DNA from: Candidatus Latescibacterota bacterium
GTDB taxonomy: Bacteria > Latescibacterota > UBA2968
Reading direction: 5' to 3'
Length of the DNA stretch: 43,482 nt
Assembly: GCA_038279365.1 (NCBI GenBank)
Contig: JAYODI010000051.1
Coordinates: forward strand, 1-43,482
Positions within the stretch are counted from its first letter, which is position 1, and the number at the start of each line of letters is the position of its first letter. Below the pieces are notes generated by a model. The model was not told where the DNA came from. It ran no database searches and saw only the letters and a program-made list of their open reading frames with translations. Positions 1 to 8,252 of this stretch are shown piece by piece. The position numbers and the translations under genes were made by a program.

Positions 1-3000
1 TCAAAAAATGGTCGGCACCCATTTTTCGAAACATATCCACAGCCTGCCCAACCTGTGCTTCTGCAATTTCTTGATTGCCCCTTTGGAAATAAAAATTTCC
101 AGATTCAAATAAAGCTAAGGCAAAATGAAAGCCTTTAACTTTCTGCAATACAGTCCTACATTTTTCAAAATAACCTTCAGCCTTCACTACATCACCCATT
201 TTAGCATAAACTTTACCCAATACACAATAAACTTGACTCTGACGTGTAAGATTTGGACTGTTGATATTTTCAGCATAAAGTGCATATGCTAAAGCTTTCT
301 CCTGATCACCTAACTTAAGATACAATTCCGATAATCGCACATATGCTTGACAAAGCTTATGGTTATCTTTGGACAATTTAAATGGTTCGACTACTTTGAG
401 ATAACACGATTCAGCTTGATCAAGTTTATCTTGTTCAAAAAATATATAACCTAAATCAATGGTTTCATACATTTCGTATTTTAAAAGTCCAACCATTCTT
501 GCTTTGTTTATAATTTGTTTACTATATTTTTCGGCCTGCAGGAACCTTCCACGATAAGTATAAATTTCACGTAATGCAGACTGGCATCCAATAGTATAAC
601 GTCTATCTTTATGCAGTGTTTCAAATTCTCTAAGTGCTGTTTGAAAAGCAGCTTCGGCCACTCGAAATCGGCTGTTTGTTAAATGATCATGCCCCAATAC
701 ATAATACCCGAATGTCTTATAAAATGGTTCTATAGAATTTTGACACATACCAACTATGATTTCACTGCACTTTGTAGCCTCACTATACTGTCCCGTTGCC
801 CAATATAGCTGACTAAGAGATATATACAATGGTACGAGAGCATTATCACATTGAGGTTCGATAATTTTTTCTATCGCACCTTTTATTAAATTTTCAACTC
901 CATCAAATCGACCTTCGGCAATAAGCTGAATAGAATAAACACCAACCAATCGACCATAATAATAAGGGGGTAAGTTTTGTAGATCCAACATTTCGTTTAT
1001 AATCTTTTTAAGATTTTCCCAATCTCTCGTCCATCTTATCGCATCAACATAGCTACACAACACATTTAAATAAATCTCAGAGGTTGGTTCATATACTTTG
1101 CTTAGTATATCAAGAACTTGTTTGTATATTTTTTGAGCGTCTATAAATGAGTAAGCTATACAAGCCATATCTCCTGCTTGCACTAAAAAAGGCCAAGCTT
1201 CTTTTTCACACCCCGCCTGTAAAAAATGGTAAGCAATTTCACTGGCTATCTGATATTTTTTGTCTAAACTTTCTAACATCTGAGCTAATTTTAAATGCAA
1301 CGCCTCTTTTTCCTGGAGATGCAAATGCTGATAAATTGTTTGCGCAATAAGGTTGTGAAAAACAGAGTATTGATCCTCCGTGTTCTTTTTCAAAAAATGA
1401 TAATACACCAACCGTTCAAGCTGTTCATATAATTCTGCACTACTGGTATATAAGACTGAAGCCATCAAATCAAACCCAAATGGGCGATTGATAACTGTCG
1501 CATAATACAAAACCTGCCGTTCAGACTCTGATAACAATTCTACTCGTAGAGATATCGCCATTGAAACCTCGGCAGGCAATGCCTCCGAGTGGGCTTCATA
1601 AACCCACATATTTTTTTCCCACGCAATGGCCTTGTTTGAAAACAATGCTTTGGCAATCTCAAGTACCACAAAAGGATTGCCTCCCGACAGCTCAAAAATC
1701 TCATCACAGAATGTTTGAGGTATATCTGCCGTATTAAACATAGAGTTTAAAAGCTCTTGAGTCCCTTCACTTCCTAAGGGGTCCAAAACAATATGTTTAG
1801 GGTGAGATAACCATTTAGGTTCTACGTCATCCTGGGGTCTTTGTGCCAAACACAAAAAAACAGGCAACATATCCAAACGATCACACAAAAAATCAATAAA
1901 ACTATTTGTAGCTTGATCAGCCCATTGCATATCGTCAAGACAAAGCATCAATGGTGTACGATGCGATAGGTCTTTCAATAGCTGCAACAGTGCAATAAAC
2001 AAATCTTCTTGATTTAAAGCCTGATAAACGATTCTCTTCGAAATTTGCGATATATCACCCAATTCGGGAAACAGGCGAACCAATTCATTGCGATATTCAT
2101 CTCGCACCCACGCATTTAAACCACCCATTTTTTGCTCAACCGAGCGAATACAGTCTATAATCGGCTGAAACGGTGCCGTTCGATCAATAAAACACGTGCC
2201 TTGCATAATCTGCATACCACGCAAGTGTGCATCTGCTTTCAGTTCTTCCAAAAACCGCGTCTTACCTATCCCTGCAGGTCCCGACACACACAAAGCGCGT
2301 CCTTTACCAGCTTGGACATCGGCCAGTAATCCACGTGCTTGCCCCACCTCCTGAGACCGCCCCAAAAAGCGAGGGTGTTGTAGTAACAAGGGTGGTTCAG
2401 GTTCAGAAATACCTCTTCCAGCATACGATTTTGAAGGTACCAAATCGGCAAGCAAGTCATTGGCCAAGCGGTAGCGTCGTTCGGGTTCTTTTTCGAGTAG
2501 TTTCAACACCACCAATTGCAAATCGTGTGGCACATCCAAGTTATAAACACGCGGTGGCACAGGAATTTCATTTAAGTGTTTCAGCACCACTGCCGAAGAG
2601 TTTTTCCCCAAAAAGGGTTTTTGCCCTGTCAATACCTCATACAGCACAACGCCAAGCGTATACAGATCCGATCGATGATCCACATGCACCCCCCGAATTT
2701 GTTCGGGCGACATATAGTGCACCGTGCCTAACATCGTACCTTCTTCGGTCAATGGGCTGATGTCATCCCCTCGAAATTTTACCATTCCCAAATCGAGAAT
2801 TTTGACATGAGGACCATTTTGATCCGACTGCAAAAATATATTGGCAGGCTTTAAATCGCGGTGAACCAACCCATTGGCATGAATACAAGCCAATGCTTCA
2901 CATATTTGAATCAAAATTTCCCGAAACACATCACTGCCATTTTGCAACACCCGATATAAACCTGTGTCAGGTGCCTTTAAAGCCTCTTCAAGCGTCACAC

Positions 3001-3274
3001 CTTGTAAATACTCCATCGTGAAAAAACACGCAGTACCATCCGTACCCGTGTCTTTTACTTTTACAATATGGGGGTGATCCAACCGAGACAAATGCTGAAA
3101 CTCGCGCTGAAAACGACGCGTATCTAATGGACGACTTTCGTCACCCACCAAATATTTAAGGGCAAGCATTTCACCTGTATCAAGGTCTTTCACCTTAAAC
3201 ACAGAACCAAAACCACCACGCCCCAATGGTTCAAGCACCTCATATCGATTTGCAATCACTCTAAAAGTATTCAT
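1..3274 (-). CDS. Ser/Thr protein kinase fused to AAA/STAND-type NTPase and TPR-like C-terminus (partial; runs off left edge)
   Basis: Not in the ORF track, consistent with no stop inside the window. Manual translation from ATG 3274 gives MNTFRVIANRYEVLEPLGRGGFGSVFKVKD..ALK, HRDLKPAN, KILDLG and GTVHYMSPEQ (Hanks kinase motifs). Walker A GPAGIGKT lies near 2260-2285 and Walker B-like LCLDDMQWAD near 1920-1950, followed by a helical TPR-like region. Confidence 0.88.
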   Translation of the reverse strand, partial: MNTFRVIANRYEVLEPLGRGGFGSVFKVKDLDTGEMLALKYLVGDESRPLDTRRFQREFQHLSRLDHPHIVKVKDTGTDGTACFFTMEYLQGVTLEEALKAPDTGLYRVLQNGSDVFREILIQICEALACIHANGLVHRDLKPANIFLQSDQNGPHVKILDLGMVKFRGDDISPLTEEGTMLGTVHYMSPEQIRGVHVDHRSDLYTLGVVLYEVLTGQKPFLGKNSSAVVLKHLNEIPVPPRVYNLDVPHDLQLVVLKLLEKEPERRYRLANDLLADLVPSKSYAGRGISEPEPPLLLQHPRFLGRSQEVGQARGLLADVQAGKGRALCVSGPAGIGKTRFLEELKADAHLRGMQIMQGTCFIDRTAPFQPIIDCIRSVEQKMGGLNAWVRDEYRNELVRLFPELGDISQISKRIVYQALNQEDLFIALLQLLKDLSHRTPLMLCLDDMQWADQATNSFIDFLCDRLDMLPVFLCLAQRPQDDVEPKWLSHPKHIVLDPLGSEGTQELLNSMFNTADIPQTFCDEIFELSGGNPFVVLEIAKALFSNKAIAWEKNMWVYEAHSEALPAEVSMAISLRVELLSESERQVLYYATVINRPFGFDLMASVLYTSSAELYEQLERLVYYHFLKKNTEDQYSVFHNLIAQTIYQHLHLQEKEALHLKLAQMLESLDKKYQIASEIAYHFLQAGCEKEAWPFLVQAGDMACIAYSFIDAQKIYKQVLDILSKVYEPTSEIYLNVLCSYVDAIRWTRDWENLKKIINEMLDLQNLPPYYYGRLVGVYSIQLIAEGRFDGVENLIKGAIEKIIEPQCDNALVPLYISLSQLYWATGQYSEATKCSEIIVGMCQNSIEPFYKTFGYYVLGHDHLTNSRFRVAEAAFQTALREFETLHKDRRYTIGCQSALREIYTYRGRFLQAEKYSKQIINKARMVGLLKYEMYETIDLGYIFFEQDKLDQAESCYLKVVEPFKLSKDNHKLCQAYVRLSELYLKLGDQEKALAYALYAENINSPNLTRQSQVYCVLGKVYAKMGDVVKAEGYFEKCRTVLQKVKGFHFALALFESGNFYFQRGNQEIAEAQVGQAVDMFRKMGADHFL

Positions 3275-3453
3275 GGGCCATTCAACAAAATAATAGTGGA
3301 GGGTTAGCACCATAACATCAGGCATTGCCATGAAGTATAGAGTGCAGGCTTACCGATGTCAACCTATACAAAACAAACCAATACAAGATAATCACAAAAA
3401 TAAACGTATCGACCTACTTAAGATTATAAACAATGTAATTATGCGCTATATGA

Positions 3454-3482
3454 TTGACAAATCATTATTTAAGCAGTATCAT
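3454..3482 (+). promoter_or_regulatory. sigma70-type promoter for the histidine kinase
   Basis: TTGACA-17 bp-TATCAT about 60 bp upstream of ATG 3540; inverted repeat ATGATT-GACA-AATCAT overlaps the -35. Confidence 0.6.
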
Positions 3483-3539
3483 TTCAGTCACAATCCAAGA
3501 TCGTTTAACATTGTCACATAATTAACTCCCCCAATAAAT

Positions 3540-4637
3540 ATGACAATACAATCAAAACGTTCAGAATTTGACGACCAGCCACACAGGTATTGGGTCACGC
3601 AAACCCTCGAAGTCTCAAACGATGTTGCTACCCTTGTGGATATGGACGGCAGAATCAGATATGCCAACCCCATTGCAGGTGAAGTCATGGGATGCCGGCC
3701 CGACGAAATGACGGGTCGTTTTTTGTGGGATATTCTCGACAATGCAGGTCACGTGGCCCACATCATGGAAACCACTTTAGAATATGGGCAATGGCGCGGT
3801 GAAGTGGCATTGAAACACCCTCAAGAACCCGTTCCGCTCAGTTGGCACAGCACCGTCATACAATCCCGCTCGGGCAAACTGTTAGGCACAGCGCATGTTG
3901 GTGGCAAACGCATCTCTCAAAAAGAGCTATTAGATAGATTGGCCAGCACAGAACGCCAACGCCTGTTAGGTGAACTCACTGCAGGTGTGGTTCACAGCCT
4001 CAACCAAGTCTTCACAGCCATTCACGGTTATGCATCGCTCATGCAACTTGAGACGCTTCCGGCCAATATAAAAAACAACCTCGAATCCCTGCTCAATGCC
4101 ACTGAAAATGGCATCGCCTTTGTACGACGCATTCAAGGCGACCGATCTGCACAAAAACAAAGTGGTATTGACCTCAATGAAGTCGTCAACACGTGTGTCA
4201 AAACAACCCAACCCAAGTGGAAAGATGTTTTTCTCAAAAGAGGGTGCTCCGTTGACCTCCAATTAGACCTTCAGGCAAATCAAAATGTCATAGGTTCTGC
4301 ATCATTTTTAGATGAAGTACTCATGAATTTGATATTTAATGCCGCAGATGCCATGCCCAATGGAGGTACACTTTCCATTTCTACCTATGACGACAAAAAC
4401 TGGGGCTATGTTTCAATTTCAGACACGGGTGTTGGTATGGATCAAGAAACGTTGAACCGTATTGGAGAATTGTTTTTTACAACCAAAGATGGCGGTCATG
4501 GCATTGGGTTGGCCACGTGTTATCATCTCATCAACCAAATGACTGGGCAAATACAGGTTGAAAGTACAGTCGGTGAAGGCACCACATTTACCATTCAAAT
4601 CCCCATCGAACCCGTTTCCGATCTTCCATCCACATAG
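3540..4637 (+). CDS. PAS-domain sensor histidine kinase (cytoplasmic)
   Basis: PAS (DMDGRIRYANP..GQWRGE), H-box GVVHSLNQ, N-box MNLIFNAADAM, G1 DTGVGM, F-box FFTTK, G2 GHGIGL. Confidence 0.9.
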   Translation: MTIQSKRSEFDDQPHRYWVTQTLEVSNDVATLVDMDGRIRYANPIAGEVMGCRPDEMTGRFLWDILDNAGHVAHIMETTLEYGQWRGEVALKHPQEPVPLSWHSTVIQSRSGKLLGTAHVGGKRISQKELLDRLASTERQRLLGELTAGVVHSLNQVFTAIHGYASLMQLETLPANIKNNLESLLNATENGIAFVRRIQGDRSAQKQSGIDLNEVVNTCVKTTQPKWKDVFLKRGCSVDLQLDLQANQNVIGSASFLDEVLMNLIFNAADAMPNGGTLSISTYDDKNWGYVSISDTGVGMDQETLNRIGELFFTTKDGGHGIGLATCYHLINQMTGQIQVESTVGEGTTFTIQIPIEPVSDLPST

Positions 4638-4671
4638 ATTGTCTATAAGAACATCAACGATCACAACATGA

Positions 4672-4707
4672 AAAACGGCCATCCCATATACATGGGATGG
4701 CCGTTTT
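4672..4707. terminator. Bidirectional intrinsic terminator between the convergent kinase and fliN genes
   Basis: Perfect inverted repeat AAAACGGCCATCCCAT-ATAC-ATGGGATGGCCGTTTT with A/T tails on both sides. Confidence 0.85.
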
Positions 4708-4740
4708 ATTAAAACAATATCAAAAAATACATGCAGCAGT

Positions 4741-5274
4741 TTATCCAGAGTGGTGTGGCAATATCTCCGTTAATCTTACACCAAAATTTTCTGCCACAGT
4801 AACCACTTCGCCTTGTGCAAACGGTTTGCCATTGATATACACATCCACCGCTTCGCCAGACACTTTATCCAACTCTATCAAAGACCCTTCAGACCATTCA
4901 AGCAAGTTATCAATAGATGTTTCCGTGCGCCCCAGCTCTATAATAATAGATAAACTCACACCCAATAGCCGATGAATGTTTTGCGGATTAATTTTGGTGT
5001 TGGGCAACAGGGTTTGTGCCGTTGTCAGCGCGGTTTGCGCTTCGGCAGGTGATGATGCACTGGTTTCTGCCATCATCGCCTGAAGCATTTCCGCCTCTAA
5101 ATCGCCATCACCATCACTATTACCACCGCCAGCTTCAGCCTGCATAGCAGCAAGCATTTCCGCTTCAAAGTCGTTTTCGCCTTTTCCCTCGGTCTCGCCT
5201 CCCCCACCCAGCTCTTCCTCCATCATGCGAAGCATTTCATCTTCAACATTTGTATCATCATTCTCTTCAGCCAT
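4741..5274 (-). CDS. fliN: Flagellar motor switch protein FliN with acidic N-terminal extension
   Basis: C-terminal SpoA/FliN domain (ELGRT..GSLIELDK..GEAVDVYINGK.FAQGEVV.V.ENFGVRLTEI). Confidence 0.9.
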   Translation of the reverse strand: MAEENDDTNVEDEMLRMMEEELGGGGETEGKGENDFEAEMLAAMQAEAGGGNSDGDGDLEAEMLQAMMAETSASSPAEAQTALTTAQTLLPNTKINPQNIHRLLGVSLSIIIELGRTETSIDNLLEWSEGSLIELDKVSGEAVDVYINGKPFAQGEVVTVAENFGVRLTEILPHHSG

Positions 5275-5304
5275 ATCACACTCTTCTCTATGTGAATAAC
5301 ACGA

Positions 5305-6087
5305 TCACTCTATCTCACGTCCCTTAATCTGGATGTCTTTGCTTTCTACAGCTTCATAAATTTGTTTGGGAGGTGCATGAAGTTCTTTGTTGTACAAAAT
5401 GTGAATTTCTACCCGCCGATTTTTAGCCATATTTTGTTCTGAGTTATTGGGTACGATCCATCGATACTCACTATATCCCGTAAAAGAAATGCGATCAGGT
5501 GCAATGCCCGAACGATCCATAAAATAACGTGCAACTTGCAATGCACGCATGCCCGACAACTCCCAATTCGAAGCATACTGCAATGTATTAATAGGGCGAT
5601 TGTCAGTATGGCCTTGTACATTAATGGGGTTAGACAAGGGTTTCAATACGCTCCCCAATTTGTCTAAAAATGATTTTGCACTCTCTTTAAGTTCTGTATC
5701 GGCAGTGGTAAAAAACAATTTGTCTGCGATGCGAATCACAAGCCCAGTCGTGGTTTCTTCAAGCTTTACATCACCTTGTAAACCCGCTTCTTCTATCGCC
5801 GTTTCAAGTTCTTGCCCTGCTTTGGTGAGCACCTCTGCCTGTTGCAAATTTCCTTCCGACTTGGGCATCGATTGGCGAATGGGCAAACTCAACTGTGGTT
5901 CACCACTGAGCACGCCCAACGCACCTTGCAAGGCTCCCATCGCCTGTTGAAATTCCACCACTTCCATGGTTGCAAAAGACAGCAAGAGCACAAAAAAAGT
6001 CAATAAAAGTGACATGAGGTCACCAAAAGTCGCCAGCCAGCCAGGCAAACCTTCGGGACATTCATCATCTTTAATCATGCGGCCCAT
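5305..6087 (-). CDS. motB: Flagellar stator MotB/PomB family protein (second copy)
   Basis: TM segment WLATFGDLMSLLLTFFVLLLS with the catalytic Asp; OmpA-like PG-binding domain (GHTD, NWELS..RA, NRRVEI). Confidence 0.92.
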   Translation of the reverse strand: MGRMIKDDECPEGLPGWLATFGDLMSLLLTFFVLLLSFATMEVVEFQQAMGALQGALGVLSGEPQLSLPIRQSMPKSEGNLQQAEVLTKAGQELETAIEEAGLQGDVKLEETTTGLVIRIADKLFFTTADTELKESAKSFLDKLGSVLKPLSNPINVQGHTDNRPINTLQYASNWELSGMRALQVARYFMDRSGIAPDRISFTGYSEYRWIVPNNSEQNMAKNRRVEIHILYNKELHAPPKQIYEAVESKDIQIKGREIE

Positions 6088-6136
6088 AAACTATCCTTCG
6101 TGTTAGGCAATAACCCAATATGCCCGTTTCTCTTCA

Positions 6137-6967
6137 TTATTCAGGTCTTCTTCTTCGCCGTGTGTTCTGTTTAATAATAGGTGACCCATCTTCACGCGAG
6201 GCACCCATTTGAGCACCCTTAAATGCTTCTGCCAAAATTTCCAAATTGCCATCTTCTTCACCCGCATATAAAATCAAAATTTCTACCCGACGATTTGTGC
6301 GGCGGCCTTCTGGGGTTGCATTGGTAGCAATAGGGCGATATTCGCCATACCCTTCAGCCGCCAAGCGGGTGGGCATCACCAGTGTTTCTGTAATTAAAAA
6401 ACGCACCACATTCACCGCACGCTGATAAGACAATTCCCAGTTGGTCGGATATTCAGCACTGGGGTTGGCAATAGGCACATTGTCTGTATGCCCTTGTACC
6501 ACCACTTGATTGGGCAATTCACGCAACAAATTACCCAAATCCATCAACACATTGCTCACCTCTGGTTTGAGTTCTGCACCGCCCACATCGTATAAAACCG
6601 GCGCTTGAATGCGAATGACCAACCCAGAAGATGTGCCCAAAAGCGAAACATCACCTTCCAAACCTTCTTCCGACAATGTTTTTTCCAAATTTTCTGCCGA
6701 CTTACGAATGTTTTGCGATTGCCGAATGCTGCCACGCACCATAGGCAAGGTCACCCGAATCGGTTGTGACATTTCAGGCTTCGACTCAAATACGCCCAAC
6801 GAAGCTTTTAATGAACCCATCGCATTTTTAAACTTAATTTCCTCAGTTGAAGAAAAGGAAAGCAACAACACAAAAAAGGTCAGCAACAACGACATCAAAT
6901 CGCCAAATGTTGCCAACCACCCAGGCAATCCTTCTGGGCAATCATCTTCATTAATCATCTTTGCCAT
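6137..6967 (-). CDS. motB: Flagellar stator MotB/PomB family protein (first copy)
   Basis: Same TM motif WLATFGDLMSLLLTFFVLLLSFS; GHTD, NWELSYQRA, GYGEYRP, NRRVEI. Confidence 0.92.
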   Translation of the reverse strand: MAKMINEDDCPEGLPGWLATFGDLMSLLLTFFVLLLSFSSTEEIKFKNAMGSLKASLGVFESKPEMSQPIRVTLPMVRGSIRQSQNIRKSAENLEKTLSEEGLEGDVSLLGTSSGLVIRIQAPVLYDVGGAELKPEVSNVLMDLGNLLRELPNQVVVQGHTDNVPIANPSAEYPTNWELSYQRAVNVVRFLITETLVMPTRLAAEGYGEYRPIATNATPEGRRTNRRVEILILYAGEEDGNLEILAEAFKGAQMGASREDGSPIIKQNTRRRRRPE

Positions 6968-6992
6968 AAAATCAACTCTTTTTAGGCTTTAG

Positions 6993-7769
6993 TTATTCGC
7001 CACCTTCTTCATCAGCCACTTGGCGCAACTTGGGTGCAATAAAGGTATTGAGCTTTTGCTCCACAATACGCGGGTTGTCACCCGACTGAATAGACATAAT
7101 GCCTTCCATAATCATGCGTTTTGACAATATCTCTTCTGCCGAACGGATACCCAACTTACCAGCCATAGGAATAAAAATGAGGTTGGCAATCACAGCACCA
7201 TAAAATGTTGTAATCAAAGCAGTTGCCATACCAGGGCCAATGGCTGATGGATCATCTAAGTTCTGCAACATGTTCACAAGACCTACCAAAGTACCAATCA
7301 TCCCAAAAGCAGGCCCTGCTTGTCCCATGTAGTTAAAAATACTGGCACCTGCTTTATGGCGCTCTTCAATAAATGCAAGTTCGGTCTCAAGAATGGTCTG
7401 AATCAACTCGGGTTCGGTGCCATCTACGGCCAAGCGAATGCCCGTCCCCATAAAAGGATCTTCGACCTCACTGGCAGCTTGCTCAAGTGCCAAAATACCT
7501 TCACGCCGAGCGGTTTCGGCAAAACCAACTATTTTTTCAATCAACTCAGTTGGCGGCAAACTCTTATACATAAATGTTTTGAGCCCCACACTAACCATGC
7601 CCACAACGGTTTGCAAGGGGTGGTTGACCAATGTACCTGCAAGCGTTCCGCCCACAGTAATCAACAACGATGGCGTATCGATAAAGCTACTTAATACACC
7701 ACCATTCAAAATCCCCATGATGATAAGTGTAAAACCCGCAATCAAACCAACTATGGTGGTAATATCCAT
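6993..7769 (-). CDS. motA: Flagellar stator MotA/PomA family protein
   Basis: ARREGILALE, PAFGMIGTLVGLV.ML, ALITTFYG, IQSGDNPR motifs; directly upstream of motB. Confidence 0.95.
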   Translation of the reverse strand: MDITTIVGLIAGFTLIIMGILNGGVLSSFIDTPSLLITVGGTLAGTLVNHPLQTVVGMVSVGLKTFMYKSLPPTELIEKIVGFAETARREGILALEQAASEVEDPFMGTGIRLAVDGTEPELIQTILETELAFIEERHKAGASIFNYMGQAGPAFGMIGTLVGLVNMLQNLDDPSAIGPGMATALITTFYGAVIANLIFIPMAGKLGIRSAEEILSKRMIMEGIMSIQSGDNPRIVEQKLNTFIAPKLRQVADEEGGE

Positions 7770-7806
7770 AACGACAACATCCTTTTAAATCACCTTGGGT
7801 CTGTAC

Positions 7807-8016
7807 TCACAGGCGAGAACGTTCCGTAGGTCCTTGTTGCATAAAACTGCGTTTATATGCCACAACCATTTCAATCACATCATCAACCGTTTCGCGAACC
7901 ACAACTTTGCGCCCTGTTGTTAATGTAACAATGGTATCAGGCGTGGCTTCGATAAATTCGATGAGTTCGCCATTGACAACCAAAATCGTATTATTTAAAC
8001 GTGTTAATTTAACCAT
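7807..8016 (-). CDS. flbD: Flagellar protein FlbD (SwrD family)
   Basis: MVKLTRLN..VVNGELIEFIEATPDTIVTLTTGRK.VVRE; canonical position between flgE and motA. Confidence 0.92.
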   Translation of the reverse strand: MVKLTRLNNTILVVNGELIEFIEATPDTIVTLTTGRKVVVRETVDDVIEMVVAYKRSFMQQGPTERSRL

Positions 8017-8198
8017 AAATTTTCTTGGTTATAAGACGGCATACTTAAGAAATCATTTGTTTGGCCAAACTCTAAATCGAAAATGTAAGACAATTCGCCC
8101 GATTGTTCCACCTATAAATATATACAAACCAAAAACCAAAGACCATTGCCAACAGACCATAACCTGCCATAAAACACCCAAACAGAACCCATCAAAAC

Positions 8199-8244
8199 AA
8201 AAAATTGTGGTGGCGAACCCATCATCAGGCCCACCACCACAATT
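8199..8244 (-). terminator. Intrinsic terminator after flgE
   Basis: Stem AATTGTGGTGG/CCACCACAATT (8203-8213, 8234-8244) followed by a T-run on the minus strand, just after the flgE stop. Confidence 0.75.
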
Positions 8245-8252
8245 ACTAAAGC

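Noticed and set aside
1147-2760. Track ORFs of 64-177 aa in this interval
   Set aside because: Shadow frames of the long minus-strand kinase-NTPase gene.
8033-8059. sigma-28 promoter before flbD (CAAA-15-GCCGTCTT, minus strand)
   Set aside because: Spacing fits, but both boxes deviate from TAAA/GCCGATAA; too weak to call.
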